Origin: Candidatus Micrarchaeota archaeon
Lineage (GTDB): Archaea; Iainarchaeota; Iainarchaeia; JAADDC01
Reading direction: 5' to 3'
Length of the DNA stretch: 30,885 bases
Assembly: GCA_027046625.1 (NCBI GenBank)
Contig: JALTXX010000018.1
Location: forward strand, 1-30,885
How positions within the stretch are numbered: the first letter of the stretch is position 1; each line of letters opens with the position of its first letter. Made by a program: the position numbers and the translations under genes. The notes under the pieces were generated by a model. The model searched no databases. It was not told the origin of the DNA and worked only from the letters and a program-made list of their open reading frames with translations. Below are positions 1 through 9,137 of the stretch, piece by piece.

Positions 1-879
1 AGACGCCGTCTTTTCAAGGCTAAGACTTATCTCAGAAGGTTTAAACACTCTCTCATACCCCTTTAAACGCTGACGGGCCGTTAAGGCATGAGCATATAAA
101 TGCTCAATGTGAACAGGCCATTTTCTAAGCTCCTCTATGATTCCATAGAATCGCTCCTCCACTATTCGTTTGCTCTCTTCATCTTCCAGATAGTCCAGAT
201 ACTTCCACATCTGAGTTAATATTCCCATCCACTCTCCTAGAAAAGAGGGTTCATTTGCCATAGAATCAGAGAAATCTCCTATTATACACTGAACCCTTAG
301 TATATTTTCTGTAGTCCTCTCGAGGAGCTTTTTTCTATCCTCTTCTCCTATCCACTCAAGGTTTACAGGCATATCTGTTTCATTCTTTGGGTTTAGGTTT
401 GTAGGAAAAGACGTAACGTAATAAACATAAAGATCCCCATCGAAGAACGATTTTATCCTCTCAACACCCACCTTAGCTCCTATGGTAATGAGATGCAATT
501 CCTCTGGCTGTGCCACCTCCAGGAAGGCCTCCATAGTAGCTCCGGATGCAACCGTATCTCCTATAAGCATATATTCTCCGTCCACCAATTTATTATACAT
601 AACACGGGCCTCCGTACTGCCCGGCTTCAGCCTTGACTCAATTTTTACATACCCTGTTATTGGGGTGTATCCGAATACCTCTTGAAATGCTGGCAGCACA
701 CCATAAAACCTACTTCCCATTAATATTTCATTTACCACTACACTTCTGTCTTCAGCAAGCTCCCTTATCCTTTCACTATTCCTCAAAATATCTGCTACCG
801 ATGTGTAAACAATGTTATAAAAAGTTCTTCCGCGCACCTTTTCTGGTGCTGTTATCTTTTCATACCACTCTGCCTGCAT
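1..879 (-). CDS. Type I phosphoribosyltransferase-like protein, partial (runs off window start, >293 aa)
   Basis: Not in the ORF track. Manual translation from ATG at 879 stays open to base 1 (MQAEWYEKIT...). Contains a PRPP-binding-loop-like motif MLIGDTVASGATM. Confidence 0.7.
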   Translation of the reverse strand, partial: MQAEWYEKITAPEKVRGRTFYNIVYTSVADILRNSERIRELAEDRSVVVNEILMGSRFYGVLPAFQEVFGYTPITGYVKIESRLKPGSTEARVMYNKLVDGEYMLIGDTVASGATMEAFLEVAQPEELHLITIGAKVGVERIKSFFDGDLYVYYVTSFPTNLNPKNETDMPVNLEWIGEEDRKKLLERTTENILRVQCIIGDFSDSMANEPSFLGEWMGILTQMWKYLDYLEDEESKRIVEERFYGIIEELRKWPVHIEHLYAHALTARQRLKGYERVFKPSEISLSLEKTAS

Positions 880-894
880 AAGATTAAATGGTAC

Positions 895-1059
895 TTATCC
901 CTTTAAGAAGTAGAGATAGATGTATAAGATTCCCACCCCAACCATAAAATAGGGCCATATATCCATTAACAAAATTGGGGGTAGCAAATCCCATCGGGAG
1001 AGAAGAATCAGTACTCCACCAATCAACAAAATTACGCCTGATATTAACCGCTCGTCCAT
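895..1059 (-). CDS. Small two-helix membrane protein (54 aa), LiaF/DUF5668-like
   Basis: Manual translation MDERLISGVILLIGGVLILLSRWDLLPPILLMDIWPYFMVGVGILYIYLYFLKG. The G-x-x-L-L-I-G-G...WP...G-x-G pattern fits the family; below the ORF-track cutoff. Confidence 0.65.
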   Translation of the reverse strand: MDERLISGVILLIGGVLILLSRWDLLPPILLMDIWPYFMVGVGILYIYLYFLKG

Positions 1060-1112
1060 GAACATATTTAGGATGAGTTATTTAAACCTTCTCTCCCAAA
1101 TTCTCAAAGGTT

Positions 1113-1216
1113 CCGGGGGTAGCTCAGCCTGGTAGAGCGGCCGGCTGTAGTCGGGCGATCTGCCGGACAGTCCGTCAGAAACCGGCAGGTCGGGGGTTCA
1201 AATCCCTCCCCCCGGA
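1113..1216 (+). tRNA. tRNA-Tyr(GTA) with 30-nt intron at 37/38 (1151-1180)
   Basis: C1-G72 acceptor CCGGGGG/CCCCCGG + A73; D-arm GCTCAGCCTGGTAGAGC; anticodon arm GCCGG-CTGTAG^A-CCGGC; T-loop TTCAAAT. Intron forms a bulge-helix-bulge (CGGGC/GTCCG; one U-U pair in the central helix). Confidence 0.93.
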
Positions 1217-1219
1217 CTG

Positions 1220-2032
1220 CTATCCTTCCCTTATGATAACCTTAGCTGTAGAAGGAAGTAGCTCCTCTATTCTCCTTCTCAATAACATTTCTACCCTTTC
1301 AAAGGAATCCGGCAGATGGGAAACATCAATAGATATATCCACAATGTAGAAGGGTCCTATACCAAATACCTCCCACTCGTTTAATCTTACTCCCATAGAT
1401 TTGGCCCTAAACTTTATAGCCTCCTCCACAAGGGGGTCAGAGGACCCAAAGAGTGTTCTAAAGCTTAGGAATGAAAATCTAAGAGCCTTGTAAAGTAAAT
1501 AAACTGATATCAACGATGCTACTATAGCATCCATGGACGGCATCCCTACCATCACAAATAGAGCCGCTATAATCACCCCTATGGATGCTATAATGTTTGT
1601 TTCCACATCCCTGGATATAAAAGCCATAGCTCTCACGTCTTCTCTCAGGCTTCCTTCCCTCAAGGAAGCATAGATGTAGAGGAGCACAAAGATGTATAGA
1701 AGCTCTGCAGCTATAATAAATAGGGGATTCTGAACGGTATAAGAGACTATAAGGGATAGAAATGAGGTATAAACCATAAGAGAGGAGGCTAGTACCAACA
1801 TAAGGGACATAAGAAAGATTCCTATAGCTGTAACCTTCCTCATAAACTTGTTATGCCACATATTGTCCAACAGAGTTAATACCGCCCAGAGAGAGAATAC
1901 GTAGGCGGCATCCACTATGGCATATAGGGCATCTGACAGTACTGCAAGAGAATTAGTGTACATAAAGGTGGCAAAGAGCAGTATTGAGAGAAGAATCAAC
2001 ACAAACGTCTTCTTTAACAGTCCTTTTGCCAT
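1220..2032 (-). CDS. Cation diffusion facilitator (CDF)-like membrane protein, degenerate
   Basis: About 6 TM helices; SLAVLSDAL...D and DAIVASLIS match CDF TM2/TM6 patterns; C-terminal alpha/beta domain. Confidence 0.6.
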   Translation of the reverse strand: MAKGLLKKTFVLILLSILLFATFMYTNSLAVLSDALYAIVDAAYVFSLWAVLTLLDNMWHNKFMRKVTAIGIFLMSLMLVLASSLMVYTSFLSLIVSYTVQNPLFIIAAELLYIFVLLYIYASLREGSLREDVRAMAFISRDVETNIIASIGVIIAALFVMVGMPSMDAIVASLISVYLLYKALRFSFLSFRTLFGSSDPLVEEAIKFRAKSMGVRLNEWEVFGIGPFYIVDISIDVSHLPDSFERVEMLLRRRIEELLPSTAKVIIREG

Positions 2033-2085
2033 ATATAAAATAGTGTCAGCAAGGCCATAAAAACCATCATACCCTAAATTCCATT

Positions 2086-2823
2086 ATGCGATTGCTGGGA
2101 CTATCTTATGAGGGTGTTCACTGGGGTTCTGGAGGATCAAGAGAGGCTCCTTATCATATTTTTACAGCACTAAAAGATCTGGAAGGTTACTCTCTCTTAT
2201 TTGAGAGGGATATAGACTTTGAGGTAATAGGAACGCTTCAAATAGAGGGATATGAGGAGGATGCGATAAATGAAATTGAGAGTGCCGTTACACAGGACAT
2301 AGGAGGGTACATAGGTGGGGATCATTCTATCTCCCTCGGAGTTATAAGAGGGTTGAAGAGATATTGGGATAGATTTAGGGTGGTAATACTGGATGCGCAT
2401 CTTGATTTCCGAGATGTATTTATGGGTAGTAGGTTGAATCATGGGACAGTTACGAGGAGGATATATGAAGAAATTGGAGATGTCACAGTTATGGGTGTGA
2501 GGAATGTTTCAAGGGGGGAGGTTTTAGAGGCAAAGGAGAAGATCCGCTTTGTTCCATACAAGCTCACGCCGCTGTATACAGACACACCCGTATACTTATC
2601 TATAGATATCGATGTATTTGATCCCTCTGAGGCCCCAGGTACCGGAACCCCAGAGCCAGGAGGAATATCCTTTAGGATGTTTCTAAAATGGCTCAGAGAA
2701 TCTTCCTTCCCCCTTATAGCCTTTGACATTGTAGAGGTCTCACCCTCAAAGGATTATTCTCAAAATACGATAAGGCTTGCTGCTAACATCATAAAGGAAA
2801 TAGGTAGCAGATTTTTTGGATAG
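2086..2823 (+). CDS. speB: Agmatinase / ureohydrolase family
   Basis: Motifs GGDHSIS, DAHLD, SIDIDVFDP, PGTGTPEPGG, DIVEVSP. Confidence 0.9.
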   Translation: MRLLGLSYEGVHWGSGGSREAPYHIFTALKDLEGYSLLFERDIDFEVIGTLQIEGYEEDAINEIESAVTQDIGGYIGGDHSISLGVIRGLKRYWDRFRVVILDAHLDFRDVFMGSRLNHGTVTRRIYEEIGDVTVMGVRNVSRGEVLEAKEKIRFVPYKLTPLYTDTPVYLSIDIDVFDPSEAPGTGTPEPGGISFRMFLKWLRESSFPLIAFDIVEVSPSKDYSQNTIRLAANIIKEIGSRFFG

Positions 2824-2893
2824 CCCCGCGGGGATTCGAACCCCGGTCGCGGGATCCAGAGTCCCGCATGCTTGGCCGCTACACCACGGGGCT
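2821..2893 (-). tRNA. tRNA-Gln(CTG)
   Basis: Reverse complement AGCCCCGTGGTGTAGCGGCCAAGCATGCGGGA-CTCTGGA-TCCCGCGACCGGGGTTCGAATCCCCGCGGGGCTA; A1-U72 typical of archaeal tRNA-Gln. Overlaps the speB stop codon. Confidence 0.95.
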
Positions 2894-2901
2894 TCTATGT
2901 G

Positions 2902-3144
2902 TTATGGTGGGTAAAAGATTTTTATTAGGTATAGAAGGAAAAGGGAAAGGACAAATCCTATTAGGGGAGGTAGTGCAAGGTATATCCACCGCTCCTTTCC
3001 CCTTGAGAGATTATACTCCACCCCAAATGAGGATACTAGTATAGTAATAAGGGATAACAACCCAAAGTACTTCCATAACAGAACCAAAAAGGGCAAATGT
3101 ACCACAAATATCACAAAAAGTCTACCAAGGTTCACGTTTAACAC
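2902..3144 (-). CDS. Hypothetical small membrane protein
   Basis: 80 aa, about 3 hydrophobic segments, overlaps the carS end (operon-like). Confidence 0.55.
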   Translation of the reverse strand: MLNVNLGRLFVIFVVHLPFLVLLWKYFGLLSLITILVSSFGVEYNLSRGKERWIYLALPPLIGFVLSLFLLYLIKIFYPP

Positions 3145-3574
3145 CCAGTCTATGCCCTATTATGTTTGCTATCCTGTGAATAATAGGTGTGGTCCACAAT
3201 ATTACAGTAGCTGTGTACGAGTCTGGTTTTGCAAACAGAAAGGCACCAGCTACAAAGTCCAGTTGATCCAGTAAGGGAGCTTCCTCTCCACGTTCCAGCC
3301 CTCCCCTCCTCTTTATGAAAGATCCTATTATATCCCCCACCATAGCTCCTACAGACATAAGAAGTCCCTCAACAGGGTTTCCTATAAGGATAGCCATTAC
3401 TCCTCCCGCCAAGATACCTATAAAAAAGCCTTCCCACGTTTTCCCATCACCTAAAATTCTCCTTCCGTCAAAAAACATCAATCCCATATCTATAGGATGT
3501 GTTTTCATATGCCTTGCCAAGCTTGCTGATGCATTGGCAACATAGGCTGGAAGGAACCATATGATGGGGTTCAT
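3122..3574 (-). CDS. carS: CDP-archaeol synthase (DUF46)
   Basis: PAYVAN, PIDMG...DGRRILGDGKTWEG, GDIIGSFIKRR, LDQLDF, C-terminal KREPW. Confidence 0.92.
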   Translation of the reverse strand: MNPIIWFLPAYVANASASLARHMKTHPIDMGLMFFDGRRILGDGKTWEGFFIGILAGGVMAILIGNPVEGLLMSVGAMVGDIIGSFIKRRGGLERGEEAPLLDQLDFVAGAFLFAKPDSYTATVILWTTPIIHRIANIIGHRLGVKREPW

Positions 3575-4152
3575 GAAGAGGATACCACCCTTACCTTTGC
3601 AACCTCTGCCCTCTTTATAGGTGCTATCTTTTTTAGCTGTTCTGAGAGGCGTTTCATTATATCTCCTGCAAAGAATTCCTTAAGAAGGACGTCTTTATCC
3701 GTCTTTGAAGCTATATCCCTTATGAAAGACTCCACTTTCTTTCTTATATCCGTCATCTTACCTCTTGAAACCTTTACAGCAGTCCACACAAATACTTTTA
3801 TATGCAGAGTTTTTCCATCTCGCGTATTAACATCAAAAACTGTTTCTATCTTGGACGTATGCCTTCTTGTGAGCCTCTTTACAAAGGATCTCTCCAACTC
3901 ATACCCCTCAAACTCCGTAAATGCCTTGGATCCCGTTACACTGGTAATTCTAAAGGTTAAGAGATATTGTAGGTGTGAGAGTGAGCCTGTAACCTCTGTT
4001 CCCAGCACTTCTACCCTTCTCCCTATTACCATCTCTGGTTCCTGGGCTGCTGTTTGTCCTACCTCCTTTTCATTAAATATTTTAGGAGCCAGAACTGTAA
4101 ACCACTGTTTTGTTTTCCATGTATCAGCTGCCCTAACCCTCTTTTTCACCAT
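3571..4152 (-). CDS. rps3ae: 30S ribosomal protein S3Ae (eS1)
   Basis: DTWKTKQWFTVLAPKIF...IGRRVEV...KKIAPIKRAEVAK. ATG at 4152 is preceded by a GGTGA SD. Confidence 0.93.
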   Translation of the reverse strand: MVKKRVRAADTWKTKQWFTVLAPKIFNEKEVGQTAAQEPEMVIGRRVEVLGTEVTGSLSHLQYLLTFRITSVTGSKAFTEFEGYELERSFVKRLTRRHTSKIETVFDVNTRDGKTLHIKVFVWTAVKVSRGKMTDIRKKVESFIRDIASKTDKDVLLKEFFAGDIMKRLSEQLKKIAPIKRAEVAKVRVVSSS

Positions 4153-4264
4153 TTGTATCACCCTTCCACTTAACTATTATCTCATCTGCCTCCTTTAACA
4201 CCTCTTCAGGGGATCCTTGAAGGATTACTCTTTCCTTTCCCTCCAAGATGAGTGTTATCTTCAT
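4133..4264 (-). CDS. Micro-ORF (43 aa) between rps15 and rps3ae; possible Pcc1 remnant
   Basis: ATG overlaps the rps15 TGA (ATGA); [43 protein letters not shown]; fills the whole gap between the two genes. Confidence 0.45.
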   Translation of the reverse strand: MKITLILEGKERVILQGSPEEVLKEADEIIVKWKGDTNGEKEG

Positions 4265-4719
4265 CGTTTCACCAACACTGCAGCTGTTTCGGGGTCGTAT
4301 CTCCAGTCTTGAGGTAGTACCCCCTCTCTTTTGTAGTATTTTACAAGTCTTTTGATCTTGGACTCTATCCTCATGAGGGCTACCTTATTATGCATATCTT
4401 TCTTGTTTCTTTCCAAGTGTCTTCTTACCCTCACGGCCTTTTCTATAAGATTTGACAAGTCTTCAGGTATTGGAGGAGCAAGGTTGTGCTCTTTTAGAAT
4501 ACGCATAATCTTCTTTCCTGTAATGGCTCTCACATCTGGAATGCCATAATTATCTCTAAGGATGGTTCCTATCATAGCAGAGGAATAACCCTTCTTTGCC
4601 AGCTCGACCACAAGCTCCTCTACCTTTTTTGGGTCTACTTCCACCCATTTGGGTGGTACCCTGGATGCTGGCTTCTTAGAGCCTGAACGTCCCTTCCTTC
4701 TTGCATGGATGCGTGCCAT
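4261..4719 (-). CDS. rps15: 30S ribosomal protein S15 (uS15/S13e)
   Basis: [17 protein letters not shown]...[12 protein letters not shown]...[13 protein letters not shown]. Confidence 0.96.
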   Translation of the reverse strand: MARIHARRKGRSGSKKPASRVPPKWVEVDPKKVEELVVELAKKGYSSAMIGTILRDNYGIPDVRAITGKKIMRILKEHNLAPPIPEDLSNLIEKAVRVRRHLERNKKDMHNKVALMRIESKIKRLVKYYKREGVLPQDWRYDPETAAVLVKR

Positions 4720-4749
4720 GCTCCCTTAGGTGAAAGGGGGGATAATATT

Positions 4750-5343
4750 TTATAAATAGCGTGCCCTCTTTGCCACCTCTTCCATGCGCTTAAGCACATC
4801 TTCCCCATCTCCGTCCATATATTCTACATAACGCTCCAAAAACCTCTCCCACCCCTCATAGAGTTGTGGGTGTGTGGCTATATAACTTCTCCTAAAGGAG
4901 AGAAGATCCACAGCCCTGTCCTCTACAGAGCGAGAGAAGAATCCAAGTCCTAAATCTATAACGTATATTTCACTATCTTTTACAATGAAGTTTGAGGTTG
5001 TTAGATCGCCATGAATGATGCCAGCTTTGTGTATCTTAGCTACCACATTGCCCACATCCTCCATTATATCTATTTTTTCAGGAGATAGGTACCTCTTCAG
5101 GGTAACCCCATCCACGTACTGCATGATAATTGTATAGTCTTCCTCCTTCACCTCAATAAGTTTCGGTGTGTTTACCCCTATCTCCCTTAACTTTTGGAGA
5201 AGTTTGGCTTCCCTCCGTGTTCTATACCTTCTAAGGAACTTATCAAGCTCTGGGTGTCTGTATCGCTTTTCTAACCTCTGCTTTATCACTCTATCCTTAT
5301 CTCTGTAGAGGGCTGCTTCTGCACCTAACTTTATTAGTTCCAC
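4750..5343 (-). CDS. bud32: KEOPS kinase Bud32
   Basis: GAEA, KRYRHPELD, RTRREA, IHGDLTTSN, IDLGL, EDRAVDL, C-terminal RARY. Confidence 0.93.
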   Translation of the reverse strand: MELIKLGAEAALYRDKDRVIKQRLEKRYRHPELDKFLRRYRTRREAKLLQKLREIGVNTPKLIEVKEEDYTIIMQYVDGVTLKRYLSPEKIDIMEDVGNVVAKIHKAGIIHGDLTTSNFIVKDSEIYVIDLGLGFFSRSVEDRAVDLLSFRRSYIATHPQLYEGWERFLERYVEYMDGDGEDVLKRMEEVAKRARYL

Positions 5344-5361
5344 AATCCATATACTTCAGCA

Positions 5362-5655
5362 ATGCACATAAAAACACATCAACGACGTATTGCCAAGGAA
5401 AGAATAGACATCCTCTTCCGTATGGCGGAGAAATTCCCTCACTATAGAAATAGATATGCCTGGCTAATCTGGAATATTGCAAAAAAGCATAGGGTAAAGC
5501 TAGGTAGGCTAAAATACAGATTTTGCAGAAGATGTTTCACCTGGTGGACGCCAGAAACCCTTGAAGTAAGGATTGTAAGCAGACCTTCTCCCTCTGTAAG
5601 ATACAAATGCCGTATTTGTGGAACCACATATAGATTCCCCTTGGTTAAGAAGTAG
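5362..5655 (+). CDS. rnp4: RNase P protein component 4 (Rpp21)
   Basis: IAKERIDILF, RY...IAKKHRVKL, Zn ligands CRRC and CRICG, RFP. Confidence 0.9.
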   Translation: MHIKTHQRRIAKERIDILFRMAEKFPHYRNRYAWLIWNIAKKHRVKLGRLKYRFCRRCFTWWTPETLEVRIVSRPSPSVRYKCRICGTTYRFPLVKK

Positions 5656-5705
5656 AATAGTCTGCACTATCTACTTAGAAAAACTAACCAGGGCTCCTTT
5701 TAATC

Positions 5706-7814
5706 TTGGTCCCTCTAACTTTTCCTGTGCTCACCACCCTAGTAGACGAGGAGCTACTCAAGAAGGTTGAACAGTTCCTCCATCTGTACTATCTAAAGGA
5801 ACTAAGAAACATTGCCGAACATTACCCAAGAAGGAGAAGACTTATTATAGATTATGAAAAACTAGCAAAATTCGACTATAATCTAGCGGATCTCTTCCTT
5901 GAAGACCCAGATACCCTCATATCAGCCTTTGAGCAGGCTATAGAGAAGATGGAAGTAGGTAGCGGAAAGGATCTTGTTATCCGTGTAGGATTGAAGAACG
6001 TTCCCTCTGTAAGAAAGGTCCTCATAAGAGATCTATCATCAGATTATATAGGAAAGGTTATCGTGGTAGAGGGTATTGTAAGAGAGATGACCGATGTAAT
6101 GCCAAAGATTAAGGTAGCTGTCTGGCTATGCAAAAATAAGGAGTGCAACGCCATGATACCTGTGGTACAGGAAGGTCCCACCCTTAAGAAGCCGCCCTAC
6201 TGTCCCTTTTGCGGCAAGAGAGAGTTTGACCTTGTGGAGGAAAAATCTAGCTACACAGATTTTCAAAAAATACGTATCCAAGAACCTCTTGAATATCTAA
6301 GAGGTGGGGAGCAGAGTAGACACGCCGCTATCTACTTGGAGGATGACCTTGTAAACACCACCACCCCTGGTGAGAGAATCCTTGTAACAGGGGTCTTGCG
6401 TATAAAGAAAGGGCAGGGCAAAAGTGCGGTACATGACAAATACATAGAAGCCCTTTCTGTGGAGCACGTCCAGAAGGAATTTGAGGAGCTCGAACCCACT
6501 CCCGAGGAACTGCAGAAGATTAGGGAATTGGCTTCAGATCCTAACATATACGATAAACTCGTAGCATCCATAGCGCCTGCTATAAAGGGTCATGAAAAGG
6601 TGAAAGAGGCTATTGCCCTTCAGCTATTTGGAGGTGTTAAGAAGGAATTACCGGACGGTACAAGGATTAGAGGTAATATCCATATTTTGCTCCTCGGAGA
6701 TCCCGGTACCGGAAAGTCTCAAATACTTGAATATGCAGCCAGGCTTGCTCCAAAAAGTTTCTATGTGGCTGGAAAGACTGTTACGGGAGCTGGTCTAACA
6801 GCTTCCGCTGATAGGGATGAGTTTGGAGAAGGTGGATGGGTTATTAGAGCTGGAGTATTGGTGTTGGCATCGGGTGGATTGGCAGCGGTAGACGAGTTTG
6901 ACAAGATAGAGGCCAAGGAGAGACAAGCACTTCATGAGGCCATGGAGCAACAGCATATTTCCGTGGCAAAAGCTGGCATAGTAACACGATTTAAGGCAGA
7001 AACCTCCATTTTGGCGGCTGCAAACCCCAAGTTTGGAAGATTCGACGAGGACGAGCCTATTATAAACCAGATAAGCATAGAACCTACCATACTAAATAGA
7101 TTCGACCTTATGTTTGTTATTAGAGAGGTTAAGACATCGTCAGAGGACAAGGAAATAGCCTCTCACATCTTAAAAACACACAAAGCGGGTCAGATGAGAG
7201 CACAGTATGAGAAAGGATCCACAAGTATAACTGCAGAGGAGGTAAAGGAGGCTGAGGATGTGGTAAGGCCGGCTATTGACCTAGAGCTACTAAGGAAGTA
7301 CATTGCCTATGCGAGAACCCATGTGGTTCCTACTCTCACACCCGAGGCAGAAGAAACACTTTTAAACTTCTATGTGGGTTTGAGAGAGAAAGGTAGAGAA
7401 AAAAGAGTGGTTCCCATAAATGCAAGGCAGATGGAAGCGCTCATAAGGCTGGCTGAAGCGTCTGCAAGGGTTAGACTATCCCCCTATATTACAAAGGAGG
7501 ATGCAGAAAGGGCAAAGAACCTTCTTTTAAGCTCCATGGAGGAAGTACTCATGGATCCAAAAACACAGGAAATAGATATAGATGTACTATATACTGGAAT
7601 GCCCAAGGGTAAGATACAGAAGCTAAAGCTTGTGTTAAACACTATACGGGAAAAGACTCAGATTCAAGATGTAGTATCCTTTGAGGATATATATAACGAG
7701 GTGAATGTGTACGACATTAACAGGGATGAGCTTGAAGAGTTGCTGCATGAGCTATTAAAGAGGGGAGACATCATAGAACCTCGGAAAGGCTTATACACCT
7801 ACGTCAAACCATAA
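5706..7814 (+). CDS. mcm: Replicative MCM helicase (no intein)
   Basis: Zn finger, DFQKIRIQE, Walker A GDPGTGKS, AGLTAS, VDEFDK, EAMEQQ, AAANPKFGRF, RFDL, C-terminal wH. The start may be GTG 5727. Confidence 0.97.
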   Translation: MVPLTFPVLTTLVDEELLKKVEQFLHLYYLKELRNIAEHYPRRRRLIIDYEKLAKFDYNLADLFLEDPDTLISAFEQAIEKMEVGSGKDLVIRVGLKNVPSVRKVLIRDLSSDYIGKVIVVEGIVREMTDVMPKIKVAVWLCKNKECNAMIPVVQEGPTLKKPPYCPFCGKREFDLVEEKSSYTDFQKIRIQEPLEYLRGGEQSRHAAIYLEDDLVNTTTPGERILVTGVLRIKKGQGKSAVHDKYIEALSVEHVQKEFEELEPTPEELQKIRELASDPNIYDKLVASIAPAIKGHEKVKEAIALQLFGGVKKELPDGTRIRGNIHILLLGDPGTGKSQILEYAARLAPKSFYVAGKTVTGAGLTASADRDEFGEGGWVIRAGVLVLASGGLAAVDEFDKIEAKERQALHEAMEQQHISVAKAGIVTRFKAETSILAAANPKFGRFDEDEPIINQISIEPTILNRFDLMFVIREVKTSSEDKEIASHILKTHKAGQMRAQYEKGSTSITAEEVKEAEDVVRPAIDLELLRKYIAYARTHVVPTLTPEAEETLLNFYVGLREKGREKRVVPINARQMEALIRLAEASARVRLSPYITKEDAERAKNLLLSSMEEVLMDPKTQEIDIDVLYTGMPKGKIQKLKLVLNTIREKTQIQDVVSFEDIYNEVNVYDINRDELEELLHELLKRGDIIEPRKGLYTYVKP

Positions 7815-8376
7815 TTCTTACATCCACAGCAAAAGCACCCTTTTCATTAAGCATTAGGGGATTTATCTCTGCTGATGATGGTTTATAGTGTTCCACAAAA
7901 CGGGAAAAGGCAACCACCGATGAAACCAGGTCCTCTATGTTCAGTTTCATCCCTCTAAACACTCTTGGAATGTTTAAATCCTCTATCATCTCCCACACAT
8001 CGATCCCATTTAAAGGAACTAGTCTAACCTCAAAGCGGTTCATTACCTCTGCCATAACACCTCCATATCCCAACATAAGAACATCCCCATAGCCTTTCTC
8101 CCTCTTCATACCAAGGATGAGTTCTAATCCCCTTATTTGTTCCTGCACTATAGCCTTTTCATAGAGGGAAAGCACTCTTTTCAGCGCTTTCCGAAGTCCA
8201 TCTTTATCAAGAATGTTAGTATACACCAGTCCCTTCTCTGTTTTGTGTTCAAAGGTGGCAGGTTTTACTACAGCAGGAAAGATATTCCACTCCACCTCTT
8301 CTCTATCTGTAATCACCATTCTAGGAATTTTTACATACTCTGACACCATCTCAAAGGCCTCTTCCACACTAACCAA
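7804..8376 (-). CDS. ADP-forming acetyl-CoA synthetase beta-subunit-like ATP-grasp protein
   Basis: FPAVVK...HKTEKGLV (phospho-His loop), VQEQIRGLELILG, GYGGVMAEV, EINPL, AVDVRI. Confidence 0.8.
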   Translation of the reverse strand: MVSVEEAFEMVSEYVKIPRMVITDREEVEWNIFPAVVKPATFEHKTEKGLVYTNILDKDGLRKALKRVLSLYEKAIVQEQIRGLELILGMKREKGYGDVLMLGYGGVMAEVMNRFEVRLVPLNGIDVWEMIEDLNIPRVFRGMKLNIEDLVSSVVAFSRFVEHYKPSSAEINPLMLNEKGAFAVDVRIMV

Positions 8377-8923
8377 TCAACAATCCCCCCAGCACCATAA
8401 TAGCTCCAATAACCATAACCGCTATCTTCCACAGCTGTTCCAGCTCAACTACCGCCCCTACAATGAGAAGGGCTACACCTATAGCAGACAGGATTATTTT
8501 AGGGTGTAAAAGCTTTCTGGTTTTTATGGGAGAACTGCTCTGTTCCTCCTCTAATCTTAACACTTTTCTCTCCAATACATCCACCTTCTCTTCCACCCTA
8601 GAGAGCTCAGAGATATATTTATTCATCTCATCTCTTGTAAGTTTGAAGAGATTCCTGTTTATCATCCTCAGCTGAGCATCCAGATAAGACCTTAGATCCT
8701 CCTTTACATCGGATACAAAAGTTTCCCTTTCCTCTTCCAACACAGATCTTACCACATCCTTTAGTTCATTCCTCAGTGTAAGGAGTATCTCTCTGTTTGC
8801 AAGCAAAATAAGCTTTTTTGCATCCTCCTCTGATACACCCATCTCCTTAAGGGTATTTACTATCTCCGTTACCGTAGCTCCAGAATCAAGCATGGATCTA
8901 ACAACGGAAATAAGGTTTTGCAT
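8369..8923 (-). CDS. Hypothetical coiled-coil protein with two C-terminal TM helices
   Basis: 184 aa; helical N-terminus, heptad-rich middle, hydrophobic C-terminus; overlaps the next gene. Confidence 0.7.
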   Translation of the reverse strand: MQNLISVVRSMLDSGATVTEIVNTLKEMGVSEEDAKKLILLANREILLTLRNELKDVVRSVLEEERETFVSDVKEDLRSYLDAQLRMINRNLFKLTRDEMNKYISELSRVEEKVDVLERKVLRLEEEQSSSPIKTRKLLHPKIILSAIGVALLIVGAVVELEQLWKIAVMVIGAIMVLGGLLIG

Positions 8924-8961
8924 GGTAGAAATAGGTGATTATTATTTTAATATGTTCCGGG

Positions 8962-9039
8962 GGGAGAGGCCAAGAGCCTTAACACTTCTCCCATTTCCCT
9001 TTGGCCGTTGGGCCTTGCTCTTGGCCTCTCCCACTTTTT
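8962..9039. repeat. 16-bp perfect inverted repeat (hairpin) followed by ACTTTTT
   Basis: GGGAGAGGCCAAGAGC (8962-8977) / GCTCTTGGCCTCTCCC (9017-9032). Confidence 0.75.
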
Positions 9040-9137
9040 ATGCCCCTCTACTTGGCTAACACCCCCCTCATCCGTGCGCGTATGTAAGATAGTATTCCAC
9101 CTTATATAGGTGTGCATTCACTATAGTGGTGACAGGT

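Noticed and set aside
482-881. Plus-strand ORFs 482-685 and 633-881
   Set aside because: Antisense to the longer minus-strand PRTase-like ORF, which the track missed because it has no stop in the window.
5706-7814. Intein in MCM
   Set aside because: Normal length with contiguous motifs; no splice-junction residues seen.
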